Of a stretch of DNA of 64,000 nt, positions 59,001 through 64,000 are shown in pieces. The first letter of the stretch is position 1, and the number at the start of each line of letters is the position of its first letter. Made by a program: the position numbers and the translations under genes. Below the pieces are notes generated by a model. It was not told the origin of the DNA and did no database searches. It saw nothing but the letters and a program-made list of their open reading frames with translations. This stretch comes from Phoronis australis (lineage: Eukaryota > Animalia > Phoronida), in contig NMRA01000734.1 in assembly GCA_002633005.1 (NCBI GenBank), positions 62,001-126,000 of the forward strand. Direction: 5' to 3'.

Positions 59001-62000
59001 GGTTATATGCAGAAGTGCATCAGCAATCATATGACAGGTGCAGGCTGTCATGTATTGAAACATTCCCTGCAGATCTGGAGATCAGGCAGAAAATGCCATA
59101 CAGTAATTTTCAAAATAAACTGGGCATACTTTTAGACAAAACTCTTTCAGGCTCTGATGCAGTTATTTTTTTTAGTTTTGAGTCCCTTTAGATTGAAAAC
59201 GCATCAACATACGTTGTTTTGTAAAGCATAAGTCATGTTTCATGCATGTACAATTTTAAAAACCTCTGCTCATTATTTTGCTCAAGTGTGTTACACATAG
59301 GTGCATGGACCTGAATCCGTATTTAGGTGCATTTTCACATACAAGCACCCGTGAGGATGGGGAATATTCAAGCGTGATTTTTTCTTTTGTATAACCAAAT
59401 CAGTTGACCAAAAGCTTATAGTAAGTATGGTAATCTCTCTAGGTTACGACCATGAATTCTCCCCTATTTATTGACACAGCTTTAGATCTGTTTGTTGGGA
59501 GCATAAACATGGGTTAAGAGTTTGATTCATCTTAACGTGATTAGTGGTAGAGATATTATTTTTTTTTCAAATGAGCGTTGGTGATGAAAAATTGTGCTCA
59601 TCCTTACCTTTGCAGTCGAGATACTACAGTCAAGCTATGGGATTTGGAAAGTGGACGAGAAGTGAAAAATTTTGGCGGTCACACTGGTGCTGTCACCTGT
59701 TGTCAACTTTTGTCTCCACATCAGTCGAAAAATATAGGTACTGTAGAGACCCTGGCTTCACATTCTCAAAGACAGAAAAATCTGCTGTAGCAAACCCGAA
59801 ATTCTGTTGTATGATTCCATTTTGTGAAACCCATTTTACAAAAACAAAGCCCTGTATAGAATATTCTGGGAATTGCCTCCCCTGCGTACATGCCGAAGCT
59901 CTGTTTTATGGGTAACTTGCTGCATATGATGATTGTTTCTCAACAGGCAAAAACCGAAAAAGAACAGTGCCACCTTCAGGCACTAGTGCTACTTGAACTT
60001 GTGCACTGCAAAGGGATCATTGGTTGAATTTGATGAGATTTTTGATAATTGAAAACCAAGAACATTAGAATTTTGGTATCAGGTAACTGAAATGTTTGAA
60101 GTGCATTTGAAACCTTCAATTCCCTAAAAGTAGTGCGATTTTGTGAATTCTGTGAGTTATTGTGGAACAATAACTGAACGCTGTTGGCTAAGTTTGATGT
60201 TTAAGATATCTTCATGCCCGTTTGCCATTACTGTGCTCAATGAAGTTACTGATTTCTAATATTTTCGTCATATTTTTACATTTTTGTGCATATTTCTATA
60301 ATAACTGCATTTGAGCTCTGGGCTGTACACTTTATTTACGAATTAAGAGTAAGGTCCCCAAAATAACTATAAAAACTCACAGTCCGAAAATATGTTGCAA
60401 TGTAAAGATCTAGGGTATTGCAACCAGTTATTAGCATGTTCTTTAAAAACTCATTTCCTCAAAAGTACTGCAACATCCACCAATGAGATGCTGGGGGGAG
60501 GGAACATTTAGAAGCCACAGGAAATTTTTCCTAATAAATAAATGCCAGGTTTCTATAAAACACTAGTCCTTGAAGAGTGCTATTACAACAGGCATAGGGA
60601 TCTTTTAAGTGTCCACGTGTATTCAACATCTGGGGACCCTTCCATGGTAGGGGCTGGCAGCGATCTGCCTTCTGATGCAGTGGTATTATATTTGTGTAGA
60701 ATTTGTCCAAGCTTTGTTGTAACACCTCCCAACTCATCTGGAAAAGGATATTCATGCTCGAGTGACCTCTAGTTTCATGATCTGGATTGGTTTTGTTCTA
60801 GGTCGTGATCTGGTTGATGATGGTGATCAGATAATCATCAGTGCTTCTACCGACTGTTCAGTCAAACTCTGGTCGTGTGCTACTGGTGAGTTGTAAAGAA
60901 TTGTGGGATGTTTTTCATTCACGCCACCTGTTGGCTGCAAACATATTTTTGTCCATTGGTTGGTTTCTTTCTGCTTGGAATGAATGACTTTAATATTATT
61001 TCATTCCAGGCTTAAGTGACTTTAGAGACAGTCTGCCAATATGTTTTTGAGCGTCATGATTTTTATAATTTCTTTTTATTAAAACCTGGAGGACACAATG
61101 TGGCCTAGTGTGATAAGTGTCCGCTTTCTTTACTCAAGGTTGTGGATTTGAGTCCCACTCGGTCACACTGCTAAACCCTTGAGTCATTTTTCCAGCTCCT
61201 CAGCTCGGTTTTAACTGTATATTAATAAAGCATAAAAATGTTTCCAGGTGATCAGTGCAATGGGCACTACCTGTGCACGTCTGGTACAACGTTTATCGGA
61301 CCGCTTGCAATTATTATTTATTGAAACGTGGAACTCTGAACTTTGTATCTTGAACATGGTTCCAGGTGCTAGTCATATCGTTCTCTGACTGTCGCATTTG
61401 GATGCTAGCTGCAGCCCTAGGTTCATAATTTTATTTTTGTGAACGAATCAAGCTGTTTACCATGTCCCGTCAATCAAAATATTATTAATTATAGACTTCA
61501 CATTGAACTTTACTGTTACTCATTAATTGAAATGAAAATCAGTGCAAGTTGTTCATGAATTTTTTAAGGGGAACGCAGCCATTTTTTATGTAAATCTTTA
61601 TCCATCCTGTAAAATTCATTATCAAAGAAATTAAATCTGTTCTATTGAACTACAGTACTTTCTAAAAATCCTCAACTGCTTAGAACGCTTTTATCGATTG
61701 TATCCCACGAGAACACAGCGTGAAACTCTACCTTTCCCACCTCTTTAATCATTCCACAATTCCTCTGGAAGAGACCGGAACACTCTCGAGGGCTTGAAGG
61801 TATTTTATTAAGTATCATAGTCCACTTGAATGGATTCAGTTTCTGATTACGTTTATCTTATTAGATAAGTAAAGTTCGTTGTCATGGAAATACAGGTTTC
61901 TGTGATAATGGCCATTCCGTTGGTGTGTATTTAAAATCTATGGAATGATAAAAAGTGACGTAAACAGCACAGCAAAAGGCCTGCATTTCGGCTCTGCATT

Positions 62001-62716
62001 CACTTCCATTAATCAAACACAATGCCCTACTCACTACTGAACACAATCAAAGTCGGTCATTTATATTATCTCAGTGGACATGAATACAGGACAAATATAC
62101 GTTTTTTTTGCGGGATCGCTTATGCGACTTTTTGTTGTTTCATGAACTGTAAATATTCGCCAACAGGAATTAGTAATTAGCACAGAAAATGTCTCTTCAA
62201 GGTTAACACCAGAATCTGTATTTTCACTGATTAGGTGATATTGAAAAAAGTAAAGCCAACGTGTTTTACTTTTATGCCAAAGTGGATGGACCCAATTGTG
62301 CCCAACTCAACATAAAACCAATTTTTTTTCTGTATGATGCATTGATCTTTGATCCCTGTACAAAGATCCCAAAAAAATGTGTCCTTGCATTTTATAACAA
62401 TAAATGCAAAAAGTCTTAATTGGTGTCCCCAGAAGAGCTGTGGTCGTAAGATCGGATACTTTTGCCAAAAATTAAAGAAATTGATGTGTTTGTTGGAAGC
62501 GATCAAAACTTTGTGAAAACTCATAAAATCGCATCTATTTTCAAATCCAAACAATTCATGACCAACTGAAAACTTTGTAAAATCAAGGATCCTGAAACTC
62601 ATATTACTGGTATTTTCACTCTTGCACAGGTAAGCTGTTGAAGTCCATCTACACATACAGCCCTGTCACGTGTCTACAGGTACTGGACTCCCAGGGGTAT
62701 ATACTGACTGGCTCTG
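56065..62716 (+). CDS. WD40-repeat protein with N-terminal basic helical hairpin (PYM/eIF2A C-terminus-like) and acidic linker, 3'-partial
   Basis: Exons 56065-56187, 57071-57302, 57594-57711, 58208-58281, 58814-58958, 59616-59737, 60802-60885, 62630-62716, all GT-AG and phase-consistent. WD repeats LDGHNDLICCV..AVSGSRDTTVKLWD and FGGHTGAVTC..IISASTDCSVKLWS. Confidence 0.85.
56426..56492 (-). mobile_element. Probable tRNA-like head of a second SINE family
   Basis: Minus strand reads tagctgaatgcatggttagcacgctcgcc...ggttggattcccaggtcggg (degenerate A and B boxes). Confidence 0.4.
58525..58655. repeat. Tandem repeat of about 43 bp, 3 copies (intronic)
   Basis: cagtcattactgaagtcttgtgtttattcactatcacagttac repeated. 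Confidence 0.85.
61089..61322 (+). mobile_element. tRNA-derived SINE, copy 2
   Basis: TGGCCTAGTGT A-box, degenerate B-box GATTTGAGTCC, (TTA)n tail; aligns with 52504-52742. Confidence 0.8.
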
Positions 62717-64000
62717 GTGAGTGATTCACCATCAAAAATACCTTACTCAAATACAATCAGGGTGCTCAAAGACTCACTAAAACATTGATAATTGTAATGG
62801 ATCACCTTGTACTACTTTTCTTGGTCATAGTCTGCTTTAAGAGTGTTGCTTTAACCATGTGATGGGAACCTTGGCTGTTTTTGCGTTTTGAGGTACAAAA
62901 CCCAAAATGATGACCTCAGTCAACAGTTGTATATGATATTACGCTAACCGTACTTAACTGTTAGTTCTTGCACTAATCATTAAGGCATCATCGTTGTATA
63001 TCTGAGATCAGTCCAGGATGGATCTGTACCCAGTGGTCACTGTCTAACACTTTGCTAGTGGAGATTAAATGAAGTCAGCAAGCATCCTCAGGGTGTTTTA
63101 ACAAGTATTTGATGGAAAAAGGTCAATAGCCTCGATTTCTGTTAATTTTACTGAATGACTGGAAGCCAACGTCGTGAATCAATGATTTTCCTAGTAAAAT
63201 CACAAAACAATGTATTTTACGGTTTCACAACTGTAGTCAAAGCTAATAACTTCAGGAAGCCTATTCTACCCAACAATAGTTTCAAAAATCCGTTTTTCAA
63301 CCAAAAAGCCAATTATGTCCCTTTAAGGTTACACACTGCTCTCATTACAAATAAGCGTTCTATGGATCAAATGTAACCCCAAAGTCCTTGATGATCTTAA
63401 GATATATCTGCAAAAAGTAATCCCTAGCCCCTTGTTTTCATTTGAATGTTATTTCCTTCTAAAAATCTTAATTTTGGCTGAGAGTACTTTAATGTCGAAG
63501 GGCACGGAATCTTTGCATGAAATTTGCAAATTCTTTTCTTTATGTAGTGGATATAAACTGTAAATGGGAATGTTTTTCAGGCGTTTTAGCCCGGAAGTTG
63601 TCCTTGGAAAAAGGATTTGAGTTTTGACTTAATAACCGCAGTGTTACTTGGGTTAAAAGGCCTTAGCAGGAAAAGGATTTTATGTCTACCAGGATATGGT
63701 TTTCTTGGAAGTAACAGTGTTTTCAAATAGTTGTGCGGTTCTAGTGTAGATTTTGAGGATTTTTCAACAATGGTGTTGTACCAAGGTGAAGAATATTTAT
63801 GAAACTCTTTCTTTGTTTTCTTTAATGGAAATTTGTATTTCATTTTAACATACAAAGCAGAAATTGAATGAGATGGTCTCTTCGTGTGGAGCATGCGCAG
63901 ACAGTACAAGTCAGCTTTGTAGAGTTTGTAAAAATTCATTTGTTATTTGTCTGTAATTATAGTCAACTGCGGCATTTTCCCTAACTTCTGTGCCTTGCAC

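Overview
Eukaryotic (animal, probably invertebrate) genomic DNA, AT-rich, with GT-AG introns and many non-autonomous transposons. The ORF track mostly shows exon fragments or repeat artefacts. Manual splicing gives four genes. (1) A minus-strand GT14 core-2/I-branching GlcNAc-transferase-like gene running off the left edge. (2, 3) Two tandem minus-strand paralogues of about 1014 aa (12521-31982) and 988 aa (42216-50514). Both encode STAND/NLR-like proteins with an N-terminal death-fold (pyrin/DED-like) helical domain, an NB-ARC-type P-loop ATPase, TPR repeats and an acidic tail, and they share intron positions and the same non-canonical switch motifs. (4) A divergently transcribed plus-strand WD40 gene with a PYM/eIF2A-C-terminus-like N-terminal helix, running off the right edge. 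The non-coding DNA holds a Kolobok-like element, Helentron-type elements carrying phased CTCF-like motif arrays, several MITEs, tRNA-derived SINEs, minisatellites, long palindromes and a decayed repeat-protein exon. Domain and family calls are by motif recognition only; no searches were run.
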